A DNA stretch of 64,000 nucleotides from Actinophytocola sp. (GTDB lineage Bacteria; Actinomycetota; Actinomycetes; Mycobacteriales; Pseudonocardiaceae): contig NZ_JBARWZ010000147.1 of assembly GCF_049647105.1 (NCBI RefSeq), positions 10,754-74,753 on the forward strand, in the 5' to 3' direction. The position numbers and the translations under genes are program-made. The notes beneath the pieces were generated by a model. That model made no database searches and was not told the origin of the DNA. It worked only from the letters and a program-made list of their open reading frames with translations. Position 1 is the stretch's first letter. Each line of letters begins with the position of its first letter. Shown piece by piece: positions 1-11,800 of the stretch.

Positions 1-609
1 GGCGTGTCCGTGCCCACGATCAAGTACTACCTGCGTGAGGGCCTGTTGCCTGCCGGTGAACTGGTCAGCAAGAACCAGGCCAACTACGACGACGCCCACC
101 TGCGGAGACTTCGGCTCATCCGCGCGCTCGTCGACATCGGCGGCCTGACGATCGCCGCGATCCGTGACGTGCTGGCCGCCGCCGACACGCCGGAGGAGAC
201 GGTACGCAAGATCCTCTACACCGCACAGGAGAACATCAGCGTCCGGCCGGACCTGCCGCGCGACGAGGTGTGGGCGGAAGCGGAGCGCAACGTGGCCGAC
301 CTGGTCGAGCGACGCGGCTGGCAGGTCAACCACGACAGCCGCGCCTGGCAGACCGTGGTCGCGGTGCTCGTCAGCGCACGCGAGCTCGAACACGGCGTGT
401 GGACGCACAAGCTGGACATCTACGCGGAGGCGTGCGAGCGGATCGCCGCCGCGGACCTGGACTACGTGGCGGGCATCGAGGAGGTGGACGCGATGCTGGA
501 GGGCGTGGTGGTGGGCACGGTGCTCGGTGACACGCTGGTCACGGCGTTGCGCAGGCTCGCCCACCAGAGCGAGTCGGTCCGGCGGCTCGGCGACGACAAA
601 CACGAATGA
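1..609 (+). CDS. MerR-family transcriptional regulator (5' end cut by window edge)
   Basis: The frame is open from base 1. The first residues GVSVPTIKYYLREGLLP are the recognition-helix part of a MerR-type HTH, so the true start lies upstream of the window. TGA stop at 607-609. Convergent with the thioesterase gene. Confidence 0.85.
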   Translation, partial: GVSVPTIKYYLREGLLPAGELVSKNQANYDDAHLRRLRLIRALVDIGGLTIAAIRDVLAAADTPEETVRKILYTAQENISVRPDLPRDEVWAEAERNVADLVERRGWQVNHDSRAWQTVVAVLVSARELEHGVWTHKLDIYAEACERIAAADLDYVAGIEEVDAMLEGVVVGTVLGDTLVTALRRLAHQSESVRRLGDDKHE

Positions 610-636
610 TCCCGCTGAGGTGTGCCGCGGCGCCGC

Positions 637-1404
637 CTATCTCGGCGAACCCGCGGCAACCGACTGGGCGTGCGCGCGGAGCCTGGTGAGGATCTCCGGC
701 ACGATGTCGTTGAGGTAGAAGTGCCCGCCGGGGAACACGGACAGCTCGAAATCACTCTCGGTGTGCTCGCGCCACGCATCGGCCTCGGCGACCGTCACCT
801 TGGGATCGTTGTCGCCGGTGAGCGCGTAGATGGGGCAGCGGAGCTTCGGGCCGGGGCGGTGGGTGTAGGTCTCCGCGGCCGTGTAGTCGCCTCGGATCGC
901 CGGCATGACCATGGCCAGGACGTCTTCGTCGTCGAGCAGCTCGGCCTCGGTGCCGCCCAGCTGCTTCATGGCGGCGAGCAGACCGGCGTCGTCACGCAGG
1001 TGGATGCGCTCGACACGGGAGCGGTGTGGCGCGGGCCGGCCGGATGCAAACAGGGCGGTCGGTATGATACCGGACTGCTCCAGACGGCGGGCAACCTCGT
1101 AACCGAGTGTCGCGCCGAGGCTGTGGCCGAAGATCGTGAGCGGGCGGTCGGTCAGCGGCGCGATGGCCGCCGCCAGACCGTCGGCGAGGTCGTCGATCGA
1201 GCGCAGGACCGGCTCACGGCGCCGGTCCTGGCGGCCGGGGTACTGCACGGCCAGCACGTCGACCTCGGGCGCGAGTGCCCTGGAGACACCGAAGAAGTAA
1301 CTGGCCGAGCCGCCAGCGTGCGACAGGCACAGCAACTGGGTCTCGGCGTCATCCGCCGGATGGAACCGCCGCACCCACAGGTCGGTGTCGGTCATCTCGC
1401 TCAC
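637..1404 (-). CDS. Type II (editing) thioesterase, alpha/beta hydrolase
   Basis: 255-aa ORF with a GHSLGA nucleophile elbow and an N-terminal LLCLSHAGGSASYF motif typical of PKS/NRPS-associated TEII. The track start is GTG 1404. The ATG at 1395 lies 7 nt after GAGGTG and may be the real start. Confidence 0.9.
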   Translation of the reverse strand: MSEMTDTDLWVRRFHPADDAETQLLCLSHAGGSASYFFGVSRALAPEVDVLAVQYPGRQDRRREPVLRSIDDLADGLAAAIAPLTDRPLTIFGHSLGATLGYEVARRLEQSGIIPTALFASGRPAPHRSRVERIHLRDDAGLLAAMKQLGGTEAELLDDEDVLAMVMPAIRGDYTAAETYTHRPGPKLRCPIYALTGDNDPKVTVAEADAWREHTESDFELSVFPGGHFYLNDIVPEILTRLRAHAQSVAAGSPR

Positions 1405-1491
1405 CTCGGGATTTTCACAGGAAAAGGTGTCAACAGAGCAAACGGGCTCAACACCGGCCCCCGACCCGGTGTTGAGCCCGCACCTGTCGCC

Positions 1492-1677
1492 TCAGGAAAC
1501 GACGGTGCCGTTGCCCGCGGAGTGGCCGTCCGACCAGCTGATCGTGGTCGGGGCTACCGCGGTCAGACCGGAGTTGGTCCAGCTGTCCAGCACATCGATG
1601 CTGATGCTACCGGCGGCAGGCGCCTCGGCGCCGCTGAAGAAGAAGGAACGGAGAATCTCGCTCGTGGCGGTGGACAT
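1492..1677 (-). CDS. Small 61-aa hypothetical protein (Ser/Thr/Gly-rich C-terminal half, no Cys)
   Basis: ATG at 1677 is preceded by GAGGAGAC about 5 nt upstream; the longer 75-aa track ORF has no RBS. Third codon positions are almost all G/C, like neighbouring genes. Product MSTATSEILRSFFFSGAEAPAAGSISIDVLDSWTNSGLTAVAPTTISWSDGHSAGNGTVVS; no family recognised. It lies 87 bp upstream of, and co-oriented with, the thioesterase gene. Confidence 0.55.
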   Translation of the reverse strand: MSTATSEILRSFFFSGAEAPAAGSISIDVLDSWTNSGLTAVAPTTISWSDGHSAGNGTVVS

Positions 1678-1803
1678 GGGGAGTCTCCTCGGGGTTCGTT
1701 TTGCGAGAGCGGGGAGCAACCGCTGGTCTCAAATCTGCGCCATCAGGGTGGTCCGGGACAAGTTCCGTGCTCATCGTTCGCCTGGGTTTCTCACCCGGAC
1801 AAC

Positions 1804-1886
1804 CCGTGAATCGCTCATATCGACACTGAGCAACCGCCTTGCTACCGTGGGTGTCCGCTGTGGCGTCCCCGACCGTGAATCGCTCA
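1804..1886. promoter_or_regulatory. Two perfect copies of CCGTGAATCGCTCA (1804-1817 and 1873-1886) in the divergent promoter region
   Basis: Exact 14-bp direct repeat, 69 bp start to start, between the small-ORF/TEII operon and the SARP/PKS operon. The binding factor is unknown. Confidence 0.35.
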
Positions 1887-2015
1887 CCGCCACCGTTTCC
1901 GTTGTTCACACCGGAATGCGTGAGGTGGGACCGTTCCTCGAGGGCGTCCCGGGATGGAACCATTGCCGTGCCGACATTGCCGGCTGGGGGCATTTCCAGA
2001 CTCGGAGTAAAGCCC

Positions 2016-2789
2016 ATGAGGTTTTCTGTTCTCGGGAGTATCGAGGTCACGACCGACACCGCCCCACTCGAACTGGGCGGGGTCAAACAGCGTGCGATCC
2101 TCGGCTACCTCGTGCTCCACGCGAACAAGGTGGTGCCGACCAGCCGTCTGCTACAGGCCATGTGGGACGGTGTCCCGCCGCCGACCGCACGCAAGATGAT
2201 CCAGAACGCGGTGTCGGGGATCCGTCGTGTCCTCAATGGACCGCACGCCGAGGGCCCTTCGTCGCTGCGCACCCACCCGCCCGGCTACCAGCTGCACGTG
2301 GACACCGACTCCGTCGACCTGCACCGGTTCCGCGCGCTCGCACGGGACGGCAGGGCGGCCATCGCAGGCGGCGAACCGGAGCGGGGCGGTGAACTGCTGC
2401 GCTCCGCGCTGTCGCTGTGGCGCGGGCGTGCGCTCGCCGACCTGGTCGAGGCCGGCTACCGGTGGTCGGAGCTGACCGCCGTCGAGGACGAGCGTCTGTC
2501 CACTTTGGAGGATCGGCTGGACGCGGAGCTGGTGTGCGGCAGGCACCGGGAGATCACCCCGGAGCTGGAGGTGCTGACCGCGACCGAACCGCTGCGGGAA
2601 CGGCTGTGCCATCAGTTCATGCTGGCGCTCTACCGGTCCGGCAGGCAGGCGGACGCGCTGCGGGTCTACCGGCGCACCAGGGAGGCGCTGGTCGACAGCC
2701 TCGGCCTCGAACCGGGACGCGACCTCCAGGAGCTCCAGCAGCGGATTCTCGACCACGACGCCGCGATCCAGGCCGTCACCAGTAGTTGA
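2016..2789 (+). CDS. SARP-family transcriptional activator (winged-helix + BTAD)
   Basis: ATG 2016 has GGAG 8 nt upstream; the track start at 1839 is an unsupported extension. MRFSVLGSIEV...GGVKQRAILGYL is the OmpR-type DNA-binding domain. It is followed by a BTAD (LWRGRALADL ... LALYRSGRQADALRVYRRTREALVDSLGLEPG). Confidence 0.9.
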   Translation: MRFSVLGSIEVTTDTAPLELGGVKQRAILGYLVLHANKVVPTSRLLQAMWDGVPPPTARKMIQNAVSGIRRVLNGPHAEGPSSLRTHPPGYQLHVDTDSVDLHRFRALARDGRAAIAGGEPERGGELLRSALSLWRGRALADLVEAGYRWSELTAVEDERLSTLEDRLDAELVCGRHREITPELEVLTATEPLRERLCHQFMLALYRSGRQADALRVYRRTREALVDSLGLEPGRDLQELQQRILDHDAAIQAVTSS

Positions 2790-2880
2790 CGAGTGCCGGG
2801 CTCCTCGCCGGTTACCGGTCAATGAGTGGTGAGGGTCAGCATGGGCCCTGGTACCAACGACTTCTAGCGAGGCCTACGAC

Positions 2881-5800
2881 ATGCCGCGTACCGAACTGCT
2901 CCGACCGCTACCCGAGTTGCTCAGCGAGAACGCGAGCCGGTATGGCGAACGGGTCGCGTTCGCCGACTCCCGGCGCACCGTGACGCACGCCGACCTGGCG
3001 ACGCGCACGGCGCGGTTGGCAGGCCACCTCACCGATCTCGGGGTGTGGCCGTCGGACCGCGTCGCCGTCCTCCTCGACGGCGCGGACGGCGTCGCCGCGG
3101 TGGAGAGCATCGTGGCGATCGGCAGGTCGAGCGCCATCGCCGTGCCGCTCGACCCGGCACTCGACGACACCGAGCTGGCCCGGCTCGTCGCGGACAGCGG
3201 CGCCGACACGGTCATCACCGGCGCGGCGCTCGCGCACCGGGTCACCGCGCTGGCACCCGCGCCGCAGAACGTGATCGTCGTGGGCGGCCCGGCCGACGGG
3301 ACCACCGCGTCGTTCGAGGAGCTGGCGACCACCGAACCCGATTCGGCTCCGAACGACGACCTCGCGCTGGACGACCTGGCCTTCCTGGTCTACACGGCGG
3401 GCACGACCGGCCCGCGCAAGGGCGTGCTGTCCACGCAACGCAACGCGCTCTGGTCGATGGCCGCCGCGTACGCGCCGGTCGTCGGACTGTCCGAAGAGGA
3501 CAGTCTGCTGTGGCCGCTGCCGGTGCACGGCGGGCTCGCGCACCACCTGGCCGTACTGGCCCCGATCGTGGTCGGCGCCTCGGTGCGGTTCGCGGACCCG
3601 GTGGACCTGCTGGCAGCACTGGCCGACAGCACCATCGTCGCGGGCACCCCACGAATCCTCGCCACGCTCCTGGACTCCCCCGCGCCCAACCTGCGCGCCG
3701 GGCTCGCGGTCGGCGCGGCGAGCGACGCGGACCTGCGCACGAACTTCGCATCGGCGTTCTCCGCGCCGCTGCTGGACGTCTACACCACCACCGAGACCTG
3801 CGGCCCGGTCGCGCTGACCTGGCCGCGCGGCGAGGACACCCAGGCTTCGCGCTGCCTGCCCGTGCCGGGCCTGAGCGTGCGCATCGTCGACCCGCTGACC
3901 GGCACCGACATGGGTACCGGCCAGGAGGGTGAGCTGTGGGTCAGCGGCCCGAACGTGATGGCCGGCGGCTACCACAACCTCCCCGACGCGACGGCGTCCG
4001 TGCTGCGCACCGGCTGGTACCGCACCGGTGACCTGGCCCGCCGCGACGAGTCCGGCTACCTGACGGTCACCGGCAGGCTCTCCGACGTCATCGTGGTCGG
4101 CGACGAGCGGGTGCGCCCGGAGCGGGCCGAGGCCGTGCTGCGTGCCGTGGCCGGTGTGACCGACGCCGCGGTGGCGGGACGGCCCGATGACGAGCTTGGT
4201 GCCACCGCGGTCGCGTTCGTCGTCGGCGAACCCGACCCGGCTGCCCTGCTCACCGCGTGCCGCGACCAGTTGCCGCCCGCCGCGGCGCCGGTCGAGGTGT
4301 TCGCCGTGCCCGCGATCCCGCGCACGGCGGCCGGTGAGATCAGCAGGCACCGCCTGCTCGACCTCCCCGCCCGCCTGCTCGCGACCACCGCCACCGGCGA
4401 GCTGTTCACGCTGGACTGGGAACCGGTCGCGAACGCGGTCGACAGCGAACCCGGCGACTGGGTCCTGGTCGGCCCCGGCGCCCTCGCGACCGACACCGAG
4501 GTGTTCGCCGACACCTATCCGGACCTGCCCGCGCTGGCCGAGGCCGTCGCCGCCGGGCGGGCCGCCCCTGACGTCGCGTGCGTCGAACTGGACGCCGACG
4601 GCATGCCACCCGGTGAACCGCGTGCGTTCCTCGCCGACGAGCAGGTCGCGGTGACCCGGCTCGTGTTGCTGACCCGGGGTGCCGTGCACGCCGGTGGTTA
4701 CTCCCCCGAGCCGGGGCTGGCCGCCGCGTGGGCGCACGCGCGGGAGATCCAGAAGCGCTACCCGTGCCGCATCGCGCTCGTCGACGCCGACGCCGTTTCC
4801 CCGCACGCGCTGCGTGGCGCCGTGGGGTCCGGGCACGACGAGGTCGCGATTCGGGTGGAAGACCTGCTGCGACCCCGTTTCACCCCCGTCCCCGCCACCA
4901 CGGGCGGTCAAGCGCTCGGCGGCACCGCCGTGCTGGTCGGCAAGGCGGACGAGGTACTGGCCCGGCACCTGACCGAGGCACACGGCACGACCGTCGTCAC
5001 GGCGGAGGACGCCGCCGCGCTGGCCGCGATCCTCGCCGACCGCACCGGGGGCGCCGCGGTCACGGCCGTGGTGTGCACCGACCCCGAGCCGGGCACCGCG
5101 CAGTTCGCGCACGAGCAGACCCTCGCGCTCGACCTGTCCGCGTTCGTGCTGCTGACCACCGGTTACGACACCCCCGCGACCGCGTTCGCCGACGCGCTGG
5201 CCCGCCACCGCGCGGTGCTGGGCCTGCCATCGGTCGCGATCACGTGGTCCCCGACGGGTTTCCTGACACTGCCGGAAGACCGCCGCACGGCCATGTTCGA
5301 CCTGGCGCTGGCCGCCGGCGCGCCGAGCGTGGTCGCGGCACGCAGGAACGAGCTGGCCACCGGGTCGACCGCGATGCTGAACGCACCCGGCGCCGAGGCG
5401 ACGCTCGCCGCGTTGCGGGACCGGCTGCTCACGCAGACGGCGGCCGACCGGACGCGGACCGTGCTGGACCTCGTGCACACCGAGACGATCGCGGTCCTCG
5501 ACAGCCAGGCACCGGCCACGCTGGACGCCGAGACCCCGTTCCGGCAGCTGGGTTTCGACTCGCTGGCCGCCGTGCAGCTGCGTGGCAGACTGTGCGCCGC
5601 CACCGGTCTCGACCTGCCCGCCACCCTGATCTTCGACTACCCGACCCCGGACACGCTGGTCGAGCACCTGCTGGCCGAACTGGGCGTCGGCGACGTGACC
5701 GAGCAGGCCACCACCACCGTCACCGCGCGGTACGACGACCCGATCGCGATCGTCGGCATGGGCTGCCGCTTCCCGGGTGGCGTGCGTACCCCGGACGAGC

Positions 5801-8800
5801 TGTGGCAGCTGGTGGTCGACGGCGTCGACGCGGTGTCCGCGTTCCCGACCGACCGAGGCTGGGACCTGGCCGCGCTGTTCGCAGGCGACGGGCCGGGCAC
5901 GATCAGCGCGCAGGCGGGTGGTTTCCTGCACGACGCCGCCGACTTCGACGCGGAGTTCTTCGGCATCAGCCCCCGCGAGGCGCTCGCCATGGACCCGCAG
6001 CAGCGGCTGCTCCTGGAGACCTCGTGGGAGGCCCTGGAGCGCGCGGGTATCGACCCGACCGGCTTGCGCGGCACCGACACCGGCGTGTTCGCAGGCGTTC
6101 CGGTGCAGCACTACGGCCGGGGCGGGCACGCTGAGGAGGACGGTGTCGAGGGGTTCCTCATCACCGGCATCGCGAGCAGCGTCGCGTCCGGCCGCATCGC
6201 CTACGTGATGGGCCTCGAGGGCCCGGCGATGACCGTCGACACGGCGTGCTCGTCGTCGCTCGTGGCACTGCACCTCGCGGTGCAGGCGCTGCGCTCCGGT
6301 GAGTGCTCCCTCGCGATCGCGGGTGGCGTGACCGTGATGTCCGGGCCCGAGACGTTCACCGAGTTCTCCCGCCAGGGCGGCCTGTCGCCGGACGGCCGGT
6401 GCAAGGCGTTCTCCGAGGATGCCGACGGCACCGGCTGGTCCGAGGGCGCGGGCATGCTGGTCGTGGAACGGCTGTCCGACGCGCAGCGCAACGGGCACCA
6501 GGTGCTGGCCGTGCTGCGCGGCACCGCGATCAACCAGGACGGCGCGTCGAACGGGCTGACCGCGCCGAACGGGCCGTCGCAGCAGCGGGTCATCCGGCAG
6601 GCACTCGCCAACGCCGGGCTCGCCGCGTCCGATGTGGACGCGGTGGAGGCGCACGGCACCGGCACGATGCTCGGTGACCCGATCGAGGCGCAGGCCCTGC
6701 TGGCGACCTACGGGCAGGACCGAGACCGGCCGCTGTGGCTTGGGTCGCTGAAGTCCAACATCGGCCACGCTCAGGCCGCGGCCGGGGTCGGCGGTGTCAT
6801 CAAGATGGTGATGGCGCTGCGCAACGAAGTGCTGCCCAGGACGCTGCACGTCGGGGAACCGACGAAGAAGGTGAACTGGTCGGCTGGTGCGATGAGCCTG
6901 CTGACCGAGCCCGCCGAGTGGCCTGCCGGTGCGCTGGTGCGCCGGGCGGGGGTGTCGTCGTTCGGGATGAGCGGCACCAACGCGCACGTCATCATCGAGG
7001 AGGCGCCGCCGGCCGAGGTGACCGAGCCCGCCACGACACCGCCGGTGGTGCCGTGGGTGCTGACGGCACGGTCCGAGCAGGCACTGCGGGCACAGGCACT
7101 GCGCCTCAAGTCCTTTGTGGAGTCGCGGCCCGCGCTTCTGCCCGCGCAGGTCGGGCGGTCGCTGCTGGACACCCGCGCGCGGTTCGACCACCGGATGGTG
7201 GTGACCGGCGCGGACCGGGACGACCTGCTGGTGGGGCTCGTGTCCGGGACGCCGTTCACCGGTGCGTCCGGCAAGCTGGCGGTGCTGTTCACCGGCCAGG
7301 GCGCACAGCGCGCCGCGATGGGACAGCGGCTGTACGGGGCGTTCCCGGTGTTCGCGGCCGCGTTCGACGAGGTGTGCGCACACTTCGACCCGGGTCTCCG
7401 CGACGTGATCGAGTCAGGAGAAGGGCTCGACGACACCGGCAACACCCAGCCGGCACTGTTCGCGATCGAGGTCGCGCTCTACCGGCTGCTGGAGTCGTGG
7501 GGGGTGCGGCCCGACTACCTGGCCGGGCACTCCATCGGTGAGCTGGCCGCCGCGCACGTCGCGGGCGTGTGGTCCCTCGAGGACGCCTGCACGGTCGTCG
7601 CCGCACGCGGGCGGCTGATGCGGGAACTTCCCCGTGGTGGCGCCATGATCGCCATCCAGGCCACAGAAGCGGAGATCATCCCGCACCTCACCGACACGGT
7701 CGACATCGCCGCGATCAACGGGCCGGACTCGCTCGTGATCTCCGGCGACGAGGGCGCCGCGCAGGCCATTGCCGCCGTGTTCACCACGCAGGGCCGCAAG
7801 ACCAAGCAGCTCACCGTCTCCCACGCGTTCCACTCGCCGCTGATGGACCCGATGCTCGGCGAGTTCCGGGCCGTCGCGGAAAGCGTGACCTACCACGAGC
7901 CCGCGATCCCGATCGTCGGCGCGGAGCCGACCGACCCGGAGTACTGGGTGCGGCACGTCCGCGGCACGGTCCGGTTCGCCGACGCCGTCGCCGCGCTGGA
8001 GGCCGCCGGGGTCCGCACGTTCGTCGAGGCCGGGCCCGACGCGGTGCTGACCGCGCTGACCGGCAGCCCCCAGGCGATCCCGCTGCTGCGGGCGAACCGG
8101 GACGAGCTGCGGACCGTCGCCGACGCGTTCGGCCGCCTCGCCGCGGTGACCACAGTGGACAGTGCGGCGTTCTTCCCCGGCGCGGGCGTGGTCGAGCTGC
8201 CCACCTACGCGTTCCAGCGCCGCTCGTACTGGCTGCGGCCCGCCAACCTCGGTGACCTCGGCGCGGCCGGGCTCACCGCGACCGGCCACCCGCTGCTCGG
8301 CGCGATGCTCGGGGTCGCCGACTCCGACCGGCTCGTGCTGACCTGGCGGCTCTCGCTACAGGCGCAGCCGTGGCTCGCCGACCACGCCGTGCTCGACTCG
8401 ATCCTGTTGCCTGGCACCGCGTTCGTGGAGCTGGCTGGCCGCGCCGCCGAGTACAACGGGCACGCCGCCATCGAGGAGCTGACGCTGCGGGCACCGCTGC
8501 GGCTCACCCACGAGACGCCGATGGACCTGCAGGTGTGGACCGGTCGGCCCGACGAGCACGGCCGCCGCACGGTCGAGGTGTACTCGCGCCCGGCGGACAG
8601 CGGCGGTGGCACTGACGGAGAGTGGACCTGTCACGCGGCGGGTGTCCTCACCGACGACGAGGTCGCCGCACCGGCCACTGTGGACACCGAGTGGCCGCCA
8701 TCGGGTGCGGAACCCGCCACGACAGGCGACTTCTACGACTGGTTGCTGTCCCGCGGCTTCACCTACGGCCCGGCGTTCCAGGGCGTGCAGGACGTGTGGC

Positions 8801-11800
8801 AGCGCGGTGAGGAACTGTACGCGCAGGTGACGCTGCGCGAGGACGAGCAGTCCGGCGCCGCCCGGTTCGGCGTGCATCCGGCACTGCTCGACGCGGCCAT
8901 GCATCCGATGGTGCTGCACCTGGACAAGAGCACGCAGAAGGCGCAAGCATGGCTGCCGTTCTCGTGGCGCGGGGTGCGGCTGCACCGCTCCGGCGCGACG
9001 GCCCTGCGCGTGCGGCTGGTGCCGGACGGCGCCAGCTCGGTGCGCGTGAGTGCGACCGACGACGACGGCAACCCGGTGCTCGACATGGAGTCGGTCGCGC
9101 TGCGGCCGGTGTCGACCGACCAGCTCGGCGGCGCCACGACCCCGGAGGCCGCGCTCTACACCAACGAGTGGGTCACCGTGCCAACCCCCTCGGGCCGCGA
9201 CACGGCGGGCACCGGGATCCACCCGATCGAGGCGGGCACCGCGGTGCGGGAGGCCGTCTTCGGCACCCTCGCCGCCCTGCGTGATTCGCTCACCGGCGAC
9301 GACCGCCTCGCCGTGGTCACGCGGCCGGACGACCTCGCGGGCTCGGCGGTGGCCGGACTGGTCCGGTCGGCCCAGACCGAGCACCCGGACAGGTTCGTGC
9401 TCATCGAGACCGCTGGCGACCTGGTCGACGCGGCGATCGCGTCGGGCGAGCCGCAGGTCGCGGTCCGCGACGGCGCGCTGACCGTCCCCCGGCTCACCCG
9501 CGCCGAGACCGCCACGTCGGACGACCGGCTGTTCGACCCGGCAGGCACCGTCCTGCTCACGGGCGGCACCGGCGCGCTCGGTGGCGCGCTGGCCCGGCAC
9601 CTGATCACCGAACACGGCGCGCGGCACCTCGTGCTGACATCGCGCCGCGGCCTGGACGCTCCCGGCGCGACCGGGCTCCGCGACGAGCTGACCGAGCTCG
9701 GCGCCCGCGTCGAGATCGCCGCCTGCGACGCCGCCGACCGCGACGCGCTCGCCGCGCTGCTGGCGACCATCCCGCACCTGGCGGGTGTGGTCCACGCGGC
9801 CGGTGTGCTCGACGACGGCATCCTCGAGTCGCTCACCGAGGAGCGGGTCGACGCGGTACTGGCGCCGAAGGTCGACGCCGCGCTCAACCTGCACGAGCTG
9901 ACCGGTGACCGGGACACCGTCGAACTCTTCGTGTTGTTCTCGTCGGTCGCGAGCATCCTCGGCACCGCAGGGCAGGCGAACTACGCCGCCGCGAACGCGT
10001 TCCTCGACGGGCTCGCCGTGCACCGGCACGCACAGGGCAAGGCCGCGACCGCGCTGTCGTGGGGCCTGTGGGAGCAGGACAGCGCGATGACGGCGAACCT
10101 CACCGAGGCCGACCGCGCACGGCTCAACCGGGGCGGTGTCCTCCCCCACTCCGTCGCGGACGGGCTCGCCATGTTCGACGCGGCGTGCCGCACCGGCCTC
10201 CCGCACCTCGTCCCCGTGACGCTGGACCTCGCGGCGCTGCGCACCGCGACCACCGCTCCCCCGCCGCTGCAGGGGATGGTGAAGACCCCGCGCAAGCGGA
10301 CCACCGGCAAGCCGACCGCGGCCGCGCTCACCGAGCGGCTCGCCGGGCGGACGGAAGACGAGCGGCGCACGTTCCTGCTGGAGGTCGTGCGCACGCAGGT
10401 GGCGTCGGTGCTGGCGATGCCGGACCCGGACGCACTCACCGCGACGCACGCGTTCAAGCAGCTGGGTTTCGACTCGCTGACCGCGGTCGAGCTGCGCAAC
10501 CGGCTCAACACGGCGACCGGCCTGCGGCTGCCCGCCACGCTCACGTTCGACTACCCCACGCCGGAGTCACTCGTCGAGTTCCTGCTCGCCGAGCTGGGTG
10601 AGGGACAGGAACAGCAGGCGGTCGCCGCGCGGGTGGTGGCGACCGACGAGCCGCTCGCGATCGTCGGCATGGCCTGCCGCTACCCGGGTGGTGTGTCCAC
10701 TCCGGACGAGTTGTGGGAGATGCTGACCGCGGGCGCGGACGGCGTTACCCCGTTCCCCGCCGACCGCGGCTGGGACCTCGCGAACCTGTTCGACCCGGAC
10801 CCCGACACCCCCGGCACCAGCTACGTCGACCAGGGCGGGTTCCTGCTCGACGCGGCCGAGTTCGACGCGGAGTTCTTCGGGATCAGCCCGCGCGAGGCCC
10901 TCGCCATGGACCCGCAGCAGCGCGTGTTCCTGGAAACCTGCTGGGAGGCACTGGAACGCGGTGGCCTCGACCCCGCCACGCTGCGTGGCACGGCCACCGG
11001 CGTGTTCACCGGCCTCATGACGCACGACTACGCGGCCCGCTCCAGCGCGGTGCCCGACGGCGTCGAAGGGTTCTGGGGCACCGGAACCGCGGGCAGTGTC
11101 GCCTCCGGCCGGGTCGCCTACACGCTCGGGTTCGAGGGCCCGGCGGTCACGATCGACACCGCGTGCTCCTCCTCGCTCGTGTCACTGCACCTTGCCGCGC
11201 AGGCGCTGCGCTCCGGCGAGTGCTCGCTCGCGCTCGCCGGCGGCGTGACCGTGATGGCGACCCCCGGGCTGTACGTGGAGTTCTCCCGCCAGCGCGGTCT
11301 CGCGAAAGACGGCCGCTGCAAGGCGTTCTCGTCGGCCGCGGACGGCACCGCGTGGGCGGAGGGTGTCGGTGTGCTGGTCGTGGAACGGCTGTCGGACGCA
11401 CGCCGCAACGGGCACCCGGTGCTGGCGCTGCTGCGTGGCTCCGCGGTGAACCAGGACGGCGCGTCGAACGGGCTGACCGCGCCGAACGGGCCGTCACAGC
11501 AGCGGGTCATCCGCTCCGCGCTGGCGGGCTCCGGCCTCACGCCGTCCGATGTGGACGCGGTGGAGGCACACGGGACCGGCACGTCGCTCGGTGACCCGAT
11601 CGAGGCGCAGGCGCTGATCGCGACCTACGGCCAGGACCGCGACCGGCCGCTGTGGCTGGGTTCGCTGAAGTCCAACATCGGGCACACGCAGGCCGCGGCC
11701 GGTGTCGGCGGCATCATCAAGATGGTCCTCGCCATGCGCAACAACCTGCTGCCGAGGACGCTGCACGTCGAAGAGCCCAGCGACAAGATCGACTGGTCCG

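Noticed and set aside
2908-7383. 1491-aa ORF antisense to the PKS. Similar long antisense or off-frame ORFs occur at 8356-10449, 11494-15588, 3045-3932 and 4728-6134.
   Set aside because: These are the typical stop-codon-poor shadow frames of very GC-rich coding DNA. Their products are Arg/Pro/Gly-rich low-complexity strings without motifs, whereas the plus-strand frame carries every canonical PKS motif.
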